52,343 nt of DNA, taken from an uncultured Gemmatimonadota bacterium. GTDB taxonomy: Bacteria > GCA-2686955. Both the position numbers and the translations under genes were made by a program. The stretch is from contig CAZBBK010000039.1 of the NCBI GenBank assembly GCA_964490075.1, forward strand, positions 1-52,343. The letters are read 5' to 3'. Positions 8,963 through 19,200 of this stretch are shown here, piece after piece (position 1 is the stretch's first letter; every line of letters begins with the position of its first letter). The notes under the pieces were generated by a model that was not told where the DNA came from, did not search any database, and saw nothing but the letters and a program-made list of their open reading frames with translations.

Positions 8963-11404
8963 ATGCCGGACGAGCTGCTCGAATGGACCCACCACAACCG
9001 CGATCTCGTCTACCCCCTGATGCGCCGTTACCGGGCTCTGGGCAAGGACTTCCTGATGCGCTCCGACCTCATCGACGAGCTCGAGCGCTACGCCGCCGAG
9101 CTCACCGATCCCGAGCACTTGCTCGGTTCGCCGCTGGCCCAGGCACTGACACGCACCCAGGAAGCGGCGCTTCAGGGGGAGTCGGTGCGCTTCGCGCTGC
9201 GGCCGCGCATCGGGCGCTGGCGCTACTACGAGTACGAGGGCGATTCGGGCGAGATGAGCGAGATCTCGGCGCGTCATTACCTGAAGTTCAAGGAGCGGAT
9301 CGCGGCCCCCGACCAGTCACGCAACGCCTGGGATCTGGAGATCGATCTCGCCCCCTTCGACCGCGAGTTCCCGCGCATGCGCGAGGCTCGGTCGATCGGC
9401 AAGGGGGTCGAGTTCCTGAACCGCCGCCTCTCCAGCCGCCTCTTCGAGACCCTCGAAGAGACCGGCGCCCAGCGCCTGCTCGATTTCCTGCGCATGCACA
9501 ACCACAAGGGGCGCCAGCTCCTGCTCAACGGCCACCTGGAGTCGACCGAAGAGCTGCGCCGCGCCATCCGTCGCGCCGACGCGGCGCTCGCCCGGAAGAG
9601 CGCCGACACCCCATGGCACCAAGTCGAGCCGGAGCTGCGCGCGCTCGGCTTCGAGGTCGGCTGGGGCGACACCGTGGCCCGCATCCGCGAGACCCTGGCG
9701 CTGCTTTCCGAGCTGATGGAGGCGCCCGCCGCCGAGACCTTTGAAGAGTTCCTGGCCCGCATCCCGATGATCTTCGGAGTCGTGATCCTCTCCCCGCACG
9801 GTTGGTTCGGGCAGGCCAACGTGCTCGGCCGTCCCGATACCGGCGGGCAGATCGTCTACATCCTCGACCAGGTGCGCGCCCTGGAACGTGAGATGCGCCA
9901 GCGGATCCAACGCCAGGGTCTCGACGTCGAGCCCAAGATCCTGGTGGTGACGCGTCTGATCCCCGACGCCCAGGGCACCACCTGCGACCAGCCGCGGGAG
10001 CGGATCGTCGGCACCGAGCACGTCGAGATCGTCCGCGTTCCTTTCCGCACTCCCGGTGGCGAAATCGTGCCGGAGTGGATCTCGCGCTTCGAGGTCTGGC
10101 CCTACCTGGAGCGCTTCGCGCTCGACGTGGAGCGCGAGATTCACGCCGAGCTCGAGGGCCGACCCGATCTGCTCATCGGCAACTACTCCGACGGCAACCT
10201 GGTGGCGACCCTGCTCTCGGAGCGCCTGGGCGTGACCCAGTGCAACATCGCGCACGCCCTGGAGAAGTCCAAATACCTGCTCTCCGATCTCTACTGGCGG
10301 CAAAACGACGCCACCCACCATTTCGGCTGCCAGTTCACCGCCGATGTGATCTCGATGAACACCGCCGACTTCATCATTACCAGCACCTACCAGGAGATCG
10401 CCGGAACCGACGACACCGTGGGCCAATACGAGAGCCACGCCAGCTTCTCCATGCCGGGGCTCTATCGAGTGCTGAACGGCATCGACGTGTTCGATCCGAA
10501 GTTCAACATCGTCTCGCCGGGGGCCGATACCGAGACCTTCTTCCCCTTCACCGAGCACGAGCGGCGCGTCGAGGCGCTGCAGAAGGAGCTGCGCGGAATC
10601 CTCTTCGACGCCGACCCGCCGCGCCCGGTGCGCGGCACCTTCGCCGATCCGGAGAAGCCGATCATCTTCGTGATGGCGCGCATGGATCGCATCAAGAACC
10701 ACACCGGGATCGTCGAGTGGTTCGGCGCTACACCGGAGCTGCGCGAGCACGCCAACCTCTTCCTGATCGGCGGCCACATCGATCCGCGCAAGTCCTCTGA
10801 TCGCGAGGAAGGGCGCCAGATCGAGCGGATGCACGCGCTCTTCGACCAGTACGATCTCGAGCAGCAGGTGCGCTGGGTGGGATCCCACGTCGACAAGCGC
10901 CTGGGAGCCGAGTTCTATCGACTGGCCGCCGACCAGCGCGGGATTTTCGTGCAGCCGGCCCTCTTCGAGGCCTTCGGCCTGACCGTGATCGAGGCGATGC
11001 TCTCGGGTCTGCCGACCTTCGCCACGCGCTACGGCGGGCCGCTCGAGATCATCGAAGACGGCGTCAGCGGCTTTCACATCGATCCCAACCACGGTGCCGA
11101 ATCGGGGCGCAAGATGGCCGAGTTCTTCCAGCGCTGCGCCGCCGAGCCGGACTACTGGGACCGGATCTCGGCAGGAGGGATCGAGCGGGTGCGCAGCCGT
11201 TACACCTGGGAGCTCTACGCCGAGAAGCTGATGACCCTCTCGCGCGTCTACGGCTTCTGGCGCTTCGTCACCGACCTGGCCCGTGAAGAGAACCGCCGCT
11301 ATCTCGAGATGTTCTACACGCTCCAGTACCGTCCCCTGGCCGAAGCGCTGGAGTCGGAGGCGGCGACCGTGAAAAGAGGCGCGCCCGGCGGCCGGGTTTC
11401 GTAG
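8963..11404 (+). CDS. sus: Sucrose synthase
   Basis: IGKGVEFLNRRLS, SPHGWFGQANVLGRPDTGGQIVYILDQVRALE, WISRFEVWPYLE, HALEKSKY, QPALFEAFGLTVIEAM; 813 aa. Confidence 0.96.
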   Translation: MPDELLEWTHHNRDLVYPLMRRYRALGKDFLMRSDLIDELERYAAELTDPEHLLGSPLAQALTRTQEAALQGESVRFALRPRIGRWRYYEYEGDSGEMSEISARHYLKFKERIAAPDQSRNAWDLEIDLAPFDREFPRMREARSIGKGVEFLNRRLSSRLFETLEETGAQRLLDFLRMHNHKGRQLLLNGHLESTEELRRAIRRADAALARKSADTPWHQVEPELRALGFEVGWGDTVARIRETLALLSELMEAPAAETFEEFLARIPMIFGVVILSPHGWFGQANVLGRPDTGGQIVYILDQVRALEREMRQRIQRQGLDVEPKILVVTRLIPDAQGTTCDQPRERIVGTEHVEIVRVPFRTPGGEIVPEWISRFEVWPYLERFALDVEREIHAELEGRPDLLIGNYSDGNLVATLLSERLGVTQCNIAHALEKSKYLLSDLYWRQNDATHHFGCQFTADVISMNTADFIITSTYQEIAGTDDTVGQYESHASFSMPGLYRVLNGIDVFDPKFNIVSPGADTETFFPFTEHERRVEALQKELRGILFDADPPRPVRGTFADPEKPIIFVMARMDRIKNHTGIVEWFGATPELREHANLFLIGGHIDPRKSSDREEGRQIERMHALFDQYDLEQQVRWVGSHVDKRLGAEFYRLAADQRGIFVQPALFEAFGLTVIEAMLSGLPTFATRYGGPLEIIEDGVSGFHIDPNHGAESGRKMAEFFQRCAAEPDYWDRISAGGIERVRSRYTWELYAEKLMTLSRVYGFWRFVTDLAREENRRYLEMFYTLQYRPLAEALESEAATVKRGAPGGRVS

Positions 11405-11487
11405 ACTTACGCGTTGGAGGCGGACCACTGCCGACCCCCCCGAACAGGCGAACCACCGATCGATTGCTCCAAATCGCGGAGGGGGAC

Positions 11488-12078
11488 ATGGAACGGCGAT
11501 CACGCGCCGCGGCCTCGGCGGCGGCTTTCTCGGCGTGTTTTCTGGCGCTCGCGGCCGGGTGCGGAGGCGGACCGATCGAAGAGCGGCGGGCCTTGTCGGC
11601 CGCGGTGATGGACTCGGTCGCCACCACGGCGATTCAGGCGCAGCGCGAGCTTTTCGCAGGCCGGGCGCGCGTCTCGCGCAGCATCGACGAGCTGGATCGG
11701 CTCTATTTGGAGCATCTGCGGCTCAAGCGGGAGCAAGGGGTTGCCGAGCTGGGCGCGGTGCATTGGCGCAACTTGCGCGCGCGCGACGAGCTGGAGACGG
11801 TGCGCGCCAAGCTCGCGTCCGGCGACTGGGAGGGCGCCAACGGCGCCTTCGCGGAGGTGGTGGCGGGCTGCGCGCGCTGCCACGTGCAGTACAACGAGAG
11901 TTACCAGCGCCGCGAGGGGATCGAGAACGTCCGGGCGGAGTCGATGGCGGGCGCGGTCGCGGAGCTGGAGCGGATCAGGGCCGAGGGCATCGCCGCCGCG
12001 GCTCAGGCCAGGCGCGAGCGCGCGGTGGCGCCCTCGCGCGACGCAGTGGAGGAGAACGATGGCGGTGTGGAGGAGTAG
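11488..12078 (+). CDS. Monoheme c-type cytochrome lipoprotein (cytochrome c'-like helical)
   Basis: Lipobox LAAG-C, helical sequence, single CARCH heme motif late in the domain; ATG at 11488 after GGAGGGGG. Confidence 0.65.
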   Translation: MERRSRAAASAAAFSACFLALAAGCGGGPIEERRALSAAVMDSVATTAIQAQRELFAGRARVSRSIDELDRLYLEHLRLKREQGVAELGAVHWRNLRARDELETVRAKLASGDWEGANGAFAEVVAGCARCHVQYNESYQRREGIENVRAESMAGAVAELERIRAEGIAAAAQARRERAVAPSRDAVEENDGGVEE

Positions 12079-12913
12079 CCGGGCGCTGATTTTGGTCGCG
12101 TCGATTCCGATCACGGCGTCGGGCGGGGCCGCGGGCGAAGAGCTGCCCTCCTTTCTGCGCGACCGTGGCCGGGGCATCGCGACCTCGATGTTCGCGACCT
12201 ACGTGGAGCCCGGCGAGCTCTTGATCTACCCCTTCTTCGAGTACTACTACGACAAGGGCGGCGCGGTCGATCCGACCGACCTGGGCTTCGCCGAGGAGAC
12301 CGAGCTGAGCGCCGACTACCGTGCCACCGAAGAGCTGATCTACCTCGGCTACGGCATCAGCGACCGGATCGCGGTGGAGATCGAGGCGGCGATCATCCAG
12401 GCCGAGCTGGAATGGGATCCGGGCGCCGACTCCGAGCTGCCGCGCGAGATCGAGGCATCGGGACTGGGCGACGTAGAGGGGCAGATTCGCTGGCGCTGGG
12501 CCTTCGAGAGCGCCTCCCGCCCCGAGTGGTTCAGCTACTTCGAGACCGTCGCCCCGACCCAGGACGAGGGCTCCCTGATCGGCACCGCCGACTGGGAATT
12601 CAAGCTCGGGACCGGTCTGATCAAGGGCTTCGACTGGGGCACCACGACCCTGCGCGCAGCGGTGGAGTACGACAAGGCGGAGGGCAAGGCGGACCTGGGC
12701 GAGTTGGCGCTCGAATACATGAAGCGGATCTCCGACCACTGGCAGCTCTACGGAGGGATCGAAGGGACGCTCGACGAGGTGGAGCTGATCAGCGACATCC
12801 AATGGCGCCCGCTCGACTGGCTCATGCTGCGCATCAACAACGCCTTCGGCGCCACCCCCGACGCCACCGACTGGGCTCCGGAGGTTGGGGTTTTGGTGCG
12901 GTTCAGGCCTTGA
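12059..12913 (+). CDS. Putative outer-membrane beta-barrel protein
   Basis: Signal peptide, SGLGDVEGQIRWRW motif, alternating hydrophobic strands, C-terminal VGVLVRF; start overlaps upstream gene. Confidence 0.65.
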   Translation: MAVWRSSRALILVASIPITASGGAAGEELPSFLRDRGRGIATSMFATYVEPGELLIYPFFEYYYDKGGAVDPTDLGFAEETELSADYRATEELIYLGYGISDRIAVEIEAAIIQAELEWDPGADSELPREIEASGLGDVEGQIRWRWAFESASRPEWFSYFETVAPTQDEGSLIGTADWEFKLGTGLIKGFDWGTTTLRAAVEYDKAEGKADLGELALEYMKRISDHWQLYGGIEGTLDEVELISDIQWRPLDWLMLRINNAFGATPDATDWAPEVGVLVRFRP

Positions 12914-12949
12914 TCGCGCACGCCCTCGGTTTGGAATGGGGCGTGTGCC

Positions 12950-13711
12950 CTACCTCCTGAATATCGCGTACTGACCGCTGGTCGTCTCCGTGAACCCCCT
13001 GCCCCGCATGGCCTCGAGCACGACGTCTCGGCAGCCCGGGATGAACTCGTCGTGCAGCTCCACGACCATGGTTCCGACCCGATCGAGCCAGTCCAGAGGT
13101 TCCGCGGCGAAGACCTCCTTCTCCGCTCCTTCGATGTCGAGCTTCAACAGATCGACCCGATCGGCCTCGATCTCATCCAGAAGATCCGGGATCGTCACGC
13201 CGCGCACAGGGCTTGGGCTCGAATCGCCGCTTTCCCCCATCCTCAGCGCCCATTTCCACTCCTCGGGGTTTTCGACCGCCAGAGTCGCTCGAGATCCCCA
13301 AACGGCCGCGCGGATCAGGCGGATGTTCGGGTAGCCCGCGCAGTTCATCTCGAAGAGCTTGCAGTTTTCTTCGTCCGGCTCCACCGCGAGGATTCGGGCA
13401 TTGGGAAATCTGTTGGCGAAGAGCAGTGTCGTGAATCCCGCGTAGGCGCCCCCGTCGATGATGACCGCGGGCTCATCCGCCATGTCGATATCGGACTCTC
13501 GTTTTCCGTAGGTCTGCCAGAGTACGAAGATGTCGGAGCCGGTGAGGCGACAGTAGACGGGCGTGGCGATCCTGGGCAGGTCGACCCGCACGACCTCCGA
13601 TCTGCGCAGCATGTGCCACACGTAGCGGCACGCGTTGCGCAGTCCGAGGAGGCGGATCAACCTCGGGATCCGGATCGGGATCCGGATGATGCTGACGATG
13701 GGACCGTTCAT
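12950..13711 (-). CDS. FkbM-family methyltransferase
   Basis: IIDGGAYAG, AVEPD, DLLKLDIEGAE, VELH motifs. Confidence 0.92.
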   Translation of the reverse strand: MNGPIVSIIRIPIRIPRLIRLLGLRNACRYVWHMLRRSEVVRVDLPRIATPVYCRLTGSDIFVLWQTYGKRESDIDMADEPAVIIDGGAYAGFTTLLFANRFPNARILAVEPDEENCKLFEMNCAGYPNIRLIRAAVWGSRATLAVENPEEWKWALRMGESGDSSPSPVRGVTIPDLLDEIEADRVDLLKLDIEGAEKEVFAAEPLDWLDRVGTMVVELHDEFIPGCRDVVLEAMRGRGFTETTSGQYAIFRR

Positions 13712-13719
13712 TCTCCCCT

Positions 13720-14721
13720 TTACCAGTCGCAGCGCTCGGGGAACCCCGGCGGCAAAACCAGGGAATCTCGCTCGCTCTCGGGCCAGATGAACCCGTCATA
13801 GAACGAGAAGAGGTACATCTCCCTCACGGTTTCGGCGAATCCTTCGTGGTTTACGAGCAGGAAACTGGTGGCGTTGGAATCGGTCCCGCCGTCGTGATCC
13901 ACCCAGAGCTGGACCTGCATGTCGTTCGAGTAGCGCCGAACGAGAAGACCGATCTCAGTCTCGGGGTTGTGGATGGCGTACCAACCCTGCTCCCGATCCC
14001 AGGGCGGAGATAGCAAGATCGCGCTGCCAGGGAGCTCGGGCTCGGTGCATCCGGGGCTGCAGGTACGCACGTCGATGGTGGCGAGCTCGCCGCCGACGCT
14101 CGGGTAGAGCACCTGGGCGTACTCGTCCGACGGCCTCAGCCGCGGGAGATATGGACGTCCGTACTCCTGATCCAGCGCCGTTCCGTAGAAGACGCGCTTG
14201 ACCCCGATCATATTGCGCCGGCTCTGCATATCCCAGAAGCGGTACTTGGTACGCACGGACGCGCCGAGTGAATAGGGGGGGCATTCGGTCGATTGAGACT
14301 CGATGATCACGCCCTTGCCGGCGTACGCGACATCCCATTCGACCCCGATCGGCACCGATCCCGATCCGACCAACACCCCTCCGTCGCCCCAGACCGGAGG
14401 GGCCCAGCTGTTGCCGAAGAACTCCACCAGCCCCGAGGCACAGCCGCTCGGGTTCTTGGAAAGGGTCAGATTCCCGTCACCGGCGACATCCCAGGTGAGA
14501 ACCGAGATCTCCTCCGGATTGGGGGGGTCGGAGGCTCCGTTGCTCCAGTCGACGAAGAACGCGGCGCTGGTGACGGTTCGCTCGACCGGATCCACGGTCA
14601 CGGCCTTGGCGCGCGTTGGGGCCCAGCAAAGAACGAATGCCGACGATACGACAATGGCAGTTCGGGTCGTCAACCGACGACTCGACTCGAGATCAGCACA
14701 CTCGCGGTTAGTCCACTGCAT
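13720..14721 (-). CDS. Secreted hypothetical protein (beta-rich)
   Basis: GGAGG RBS before ATG 14721, signal-like AIVVSSAFVLCWAPTRAKA; stop is 8 nt before the FkbM ATG. Confidence 0.7.
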   Translation of the reverse strand: MQWTNRECADLESSRRLTTRTAIVVSSAFVLCWAPTRAKAVTVDPVERTVTSAAFFVDWSNGASDPPNPEEISVLTWDVAGDGNLTLSKNPSGCASGLVEFFGNSWAPPVWGDGGVLVGSGSVPIGVEWDVAYAGKGVIIESQSTECPPYSLGASVRTKYRFWDMQSRRNMIGVKRVFYGTALDQEYGRPYLPRLRPSDEYAQVLYPSVGGELATIDVRTCSPGCTEPELPGSAILLSPPWDREQGWYAIHNPETEIGLLVRRYSNDMQVQLWVDHDGGTDSNATSFLLVNHEGFAETVREMYLFSFYDGFIWPESERDSLVLPPGFPERCDW

Positions 14722-14860
14722 GATGCAATCCTCCAAGGTGTTGGAGAAAGTGTATCCGCGGGATTTTGGGGGGTCAACGGCTGGCCCTCCAGCGCCCCTC
14801 GCAATAGCTCCATCCAACCTTCCCCCCTCCCCCCAGCCCCATCCGTCCTACTCTCTCCGC

Positions 14861-15691
14861 ATGCCCGATTCAGCGACCGCCCCCCGCACCCTGGGCCGCT
14901 CCGGCCTCACCACCCTTCCGCTCGGGCTGGGCGCGTCGTACGGCGCCCCGGCCGCCGCCTACGAGGAGGCTTTCGAACACGGAGTGCGCTACTTCTACTG
15001 GGGCTCGCGGCGGCGTGGGGAGATGGCGCGGGCGATTCGGGCTCTTGCGCCTCGGCATCGCGAATCGCTGGTGGTGGTGGTGCAGAGTTATGCCCGCCTT
15101 GGAAAGCTGGTGCGGTCCTCGATCCTGAAGGCGCTGCGCGCCCTCGGCCTGGAGCATGTCGATGTGCTGCTGCTCGGCTGGCACAACTCGCCCCCCTCGG
15201 CGCGGATTCTCGACGCGGCCATGACGCTGCGCGACGAGGGCAAAGTGCGTCATGTGGCACTCTCGGGGCACCGCCGGACGATGTTCCCCGGCCTGGTCGA
15301 CGATTCGCGCTACGCGATCTGGCACGTGCGCTACAACGCCGTGCACCGTGGCGCCGAACGCGAGGTGTTTCCGGCCTTGGACCTTCGCGACGTCGCCCGC
15401 CGGCCCGGCCTCGCGACCTATACCACGACGCGCTGGGGCAATCTCTGCGATGCGCGGCGCATGCCGCCCGGCGAGCCGACGCCGACGGGCACCGATTGCT
15501 ACCGTTTCGCCTTTTCGCACCCGGCGGTCGATCTGGCCCTGGCCGGTCCCGACAGCCTGGAGGAGATGCGCCAGGCGCTGGCCGCCCTCGAACGCGGCCC
15601 GATGGACGAGGACGAGCTGGCGTGGATGCGGCGCGTGGGGGACCACATCTACCGGAGCGACCGCAAGGCGACGGTGCTCGATCGGGTGTAG
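14861..15691 (+). CDS. Aldo/keto reductase
   Basis: RTLGRSGL..LPLGLG N-terminus, LRALGLEHVDVLLL, EGKVRHVALSGH. Confidence 0.88.
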   Translation: MPDSATAPRTLGRSGLTTLPLGLGASYGAPAAAYEEAFEHGVRYFYWGSRRRGEMARAIRALAPRHRESLVVVVQSYARLGKLVRSSILKALRALGLEHVDVLLLGWHNSPPSARILDAAMTLRDEGKVRHVALSGHRRTMFPGLVDDSRYAIWHVRYNAVHRGAEREVFPALDLRDVARRPGLATYTTTRWGNLCDARRMPPGEPTPTGTDCYRFAFSHPAVDLALAGPDSLEEMRQALAALERGPMDEDELAWMRRVGDHIYRSDRKATVLDRV

Positions 15692-15825
15692 AGACGCGGA
15701 ACGCACGGCGTCTCGCGTTGTAACGGATTCTCAGTTCGGCCCATGTCCAGGCAAGAGACTCGATTCCCATCCCGCGAACGCGGGCTTGGATCCGGGCTCT
15801 CACGCATTCGACCACGGAGGACATC

Positions 15826-16230
15826 ATGGGCCGCAAATTGCTCACAATCGCCGCGCTGATCGCGCTCGCACCCTTCGCCGGATCCGCTCACGGGGCGGAA
15901 GACGACGGGGACTGGAGGAAGGGACCGGGCGGTGGGACGAACATCAAACCGGGCGATTCGTTCATCCTGCCGGTCAGGAACAAGACTGGAACCGACGTCA
16001 TCATCCAGCTGCGCATGGTCAACGGCGACCCGTCGGAGCCGGTGCGTGTCGGCTGGATCGACGACGACGGGGAGTTCATGTGCGAGAAGTACGCCGACCC
16101 CGGCGACACGCTCACCACCGATGAGCTGGAGTTCGACAAGGACGAGCAACGCAACCTGAAGGTCGAGAACATCGGCTCCCCGAACCTGGCGCGCGTCAAG
16201 TGGGGTTCGCGCTACAAGAAGGCGCAGTAG
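15826..16230 (+). CDS. Small secreted hypothetical protein
   Basis: GGAGG RBS, clear signal peptide (MGRKLLTIAALIALAPFAGSAHG), strong GC3 codon bias. Confidence 0.75.
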   Translation: MGRKLLTIAALIALAPFAGSAHGAEDDGDWRKGPGGGTNIKPGDSFILPVRNKTGTDVIIQLRMVNGDPSEPVRVGWIDDDGEFMCEKYADPGDTLTTDELEFDKDEQRNLKVENIGSPNLARVKWGSRYKKAQ

Positions 16231-16272
16231 TACGCGGCCCCTGCTCGGCGTCGCTCCGGTGCCGCGGGTCGC

Positions 16273-19200
16273 TCAGGTGCGCGACCCGCGGCCTGACGCC
16301 GATTGGGCGGGCATCGGCTCCCCCGCCTGCCGCGCCCCGGCTTCCGCCCCCAGCAGCGCCGCCAAGATGAACTCGTCGATCCGCCCGTCGAGCACCGCGC
16401 CCACGTCGCTCACCTGGTGGCCGGTGCGCGGGTCGCGCACGAATCGCTGCTTGCGCAGACCGACGTTGCGCACCACGCGGCCGAGCTCATCGTCGATGGA
16501 GGCGCGCCGCTCCGCGAGTCCACGGATCAGCTCACGGCCCAGGGTCAGGGCGGCGTCGCGCGGCAGCTGCGAGTAGATTCGCCACTCCCTGCGCGGGCCG
16601 CGCAGCGCCAGCACGCCGCAGGCCTTGTCGAGGAATCTCAGCTCGTCGGCCCTGGCGCTCCGATAGCTCGGCTCTTCGGCCCGCTCGGCGCTCGCCGGAT
16701 CGGGCAGCACCAGTACCCGCGCCACCGTCACCTCGCGGCCGCCGTCTCCCGCGCGGCTTCCGATGCGCCGGTGAGTGCCGGTCTCGCTGCGCAGCAGACC
16801 GTAGGCGTTGGGACCGTCGATGCGCAGAATCGCGGCGCGGCCCTCGCCGCCCACCGAGAGCCGTTCGCCCTGCAGCTCCGATTCGTAGCCGCGGTGGCGG
16901 GCCCAGCGCCGATACATCTTCAGCAGCGCCGCCGCCCACTCCTGCGCCGCCGCGCCGCGTTGCGCCGCCGCCACCACCAGGTAGGCGGCGCGTGCGTCGC
17001 CGGGGTCGGTCAGCACCGTCTCCAGCTCGACCCCTTCGCTCAGCTCCTCCATCTCGTGGATGCGGCGCTCCAGCTCGCCCTGTCGCTCCTTGCGGCCCCC
17101 GGTCACCAGGTCGACCAGCAACAGGGCCTCCTCGATCTTGCGCTCCATCCCCTTGTGACGATCGATGAGGTGTGTGACCCGGGCCAGCTCACGCAGCGCG
17201 GCGGTGCTCCGGGTTGCGTCATCCCAGAAGGTGGGGCGCGTCATTTCGCGCCGCAGGTCGTCGGCGCGCGCGCGCAGCGCATCGATGCCCAGGGCGCCCT
17301 CGATGCCGGCCAGGCGCTCTTGCAGCCGGGCGATCCGCTGATGCGCCTGACGCGTCGAGCCGTGGCGGCGCGCGCGCGCCGGCCGGCGCGGTGGTGGGGC
17401 TGCGGCGGGTTCGGGCTCGTCACGCACGATCTGCGCCTCCACGCGCTGATCGCGGGGCAGCAGCCGCACCGTGTCGTCTGGCCCGGGGCTGGCCTCGGAG
17501 AGCAGCCGGGCCAGGGGCACCGCCACCAGGTCCTCGACCGCCCGTTTGAGCTGGCGCGCGCCGTAACGGGCGCTCTGGCCGCGCTCCAGGATCAGGTCGG
17601 CGACGCCGGGATCGGTCTCTACCACCACTCCGCGACGCACGATCCCTTCGCGCGTCAGGCAGCGCCCGATCTCGCGCAAGGCGATCTTGCGCATGGTTTC
17701 GAGGGAGAGACCGTAGAAATGCACCACACGGTCGATGCGGTTGAAGAGCTCGGGCCGGAAGAAGCGCTCGATCTCGGTGCGCAGAGCGGCTGCCTCGGCC
17801 TCGTCGCGGTCGCGGTGGAAGCCGAAGGCGCCGTCCCCGCCGCGCTCGTAGCCGAGGTTCGAGGTCATCAGGATGACGCACTCGCGAAAGTCGACCGTTT
17901 CACCGAGCGCGTCGGTCAGCCGCCCCTCGCCGAGCACCTGCAGCAAGAGATCGAAGACCCGCGGGTGGGCCTTCTCGACCTCGTCGAGCAGCAGCACCGA
18001 GAGCGGCTGGTCGCGCACCGGGCCGGTCAGCTGGCCGCGCGAGCCTTCGCGCCGAGGGTCGCCCATGATCAGCCGGTCGGGTGCGCTCGGGTCGCCGAAC
18101 TCGCTCATGTCGAGTCGAATCAGCCGGCCCTCGTCGCCGAAGAGGAATGCCGCCAGGGTCTTGGCGGCCTCGGTCTTGCCCACTCCGGTCGGCCCGGCGA
18201 AGAGGTAGCAAGCCAGGGGGCGCTGCGGATCGTGCAGGTCGGTCTTGATGCGGGCGACGGTGTCGACCAGCGCCTCGATGGCGCGTTCCTGCCCCAGAAC
18301 GCGTTCCGCGAAGAACGCGGTTGCCCGCCGCAGATCGAGCGGTTCGGAGTCGAGCAGGAGGAAGCGCGGCAATCCGGTGCTGGCGCTCAGCTCGTGTGCG
18401 ACCTCTTCGCTGCCCACCTGCTCGCCGCCCTGGGCGCCGACGCTCTCGACCGTGCGCCGCAACAGATCGAGCCCTTTGGCCGGGAAGCCGCGGTGGCGCT
18501 GGAAACGGGCGCAGAGGTCGATCGTCCGATCGACCGCCGCCGCGTCGATCGCGGGGCCGGTGCCGCCGATCCAGCCGCAGGCACCGGTCAGGATCTTGCG
18601 GGTCTCGGCGCGCGTCGGCTCCGCCAGGGCGACGCGGGTGAAGGCCCGCTCCAGCTCGGGCCGGGCGCGCAGCATGCGTGCCGCCGGCCCCGGCAGCGTC
18701 TCGCCGACCACCACCAGCTCGTCGGCCTCGATCATCGGCGCCAGGGCCGACAGCATGTCGATCTCGTGGTGCTCGGTCGTTCCGGCGCCGAGAAGCTGGT
18801 GCAGGCGGGGCATGTGGACGATCGTCTTGCCGCGGCTCTTGAGCTTGTCGGCCAGCTCCGAGATCTTGCTCTGCCACTCCCCGAGGTACTTGATGTCGGT
18901 CTGCAGCTCGATCGGCGGAATCACCCAGAAGCTGTGCTCGCGCAGCTCGGCCGGGCCCTCTCCGGCGGCGATCCGCGCCGCGGCGGCGCGCACCAGGGCG
19001 GTCTTGCCCACTCCGCCGCCGCCGACGATCAGCACCGAGCGCCGCGAGGGTCGCGCCAGCAGCCGCAGCAGTCGATCGATGTCGGCCGTCGACCCGATCC
19101 AGGGCGGAGCCCGCCCGTCGCTGGGATCGAGGGGGCGGCCGATGCCGATCGCCGGGTGGTCGCCGTCCGTTCCCGCTCCGCTGGATCGGCCGGCGACGGC

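Noticed and set aside
13664-13687. 12-bp tandem duplication CGGGATCCGGAT x2 in the FkbM 5' end
   Set aside because: Only two copies, in frame (IRIP IRIP); no evidence of a contingency locus.
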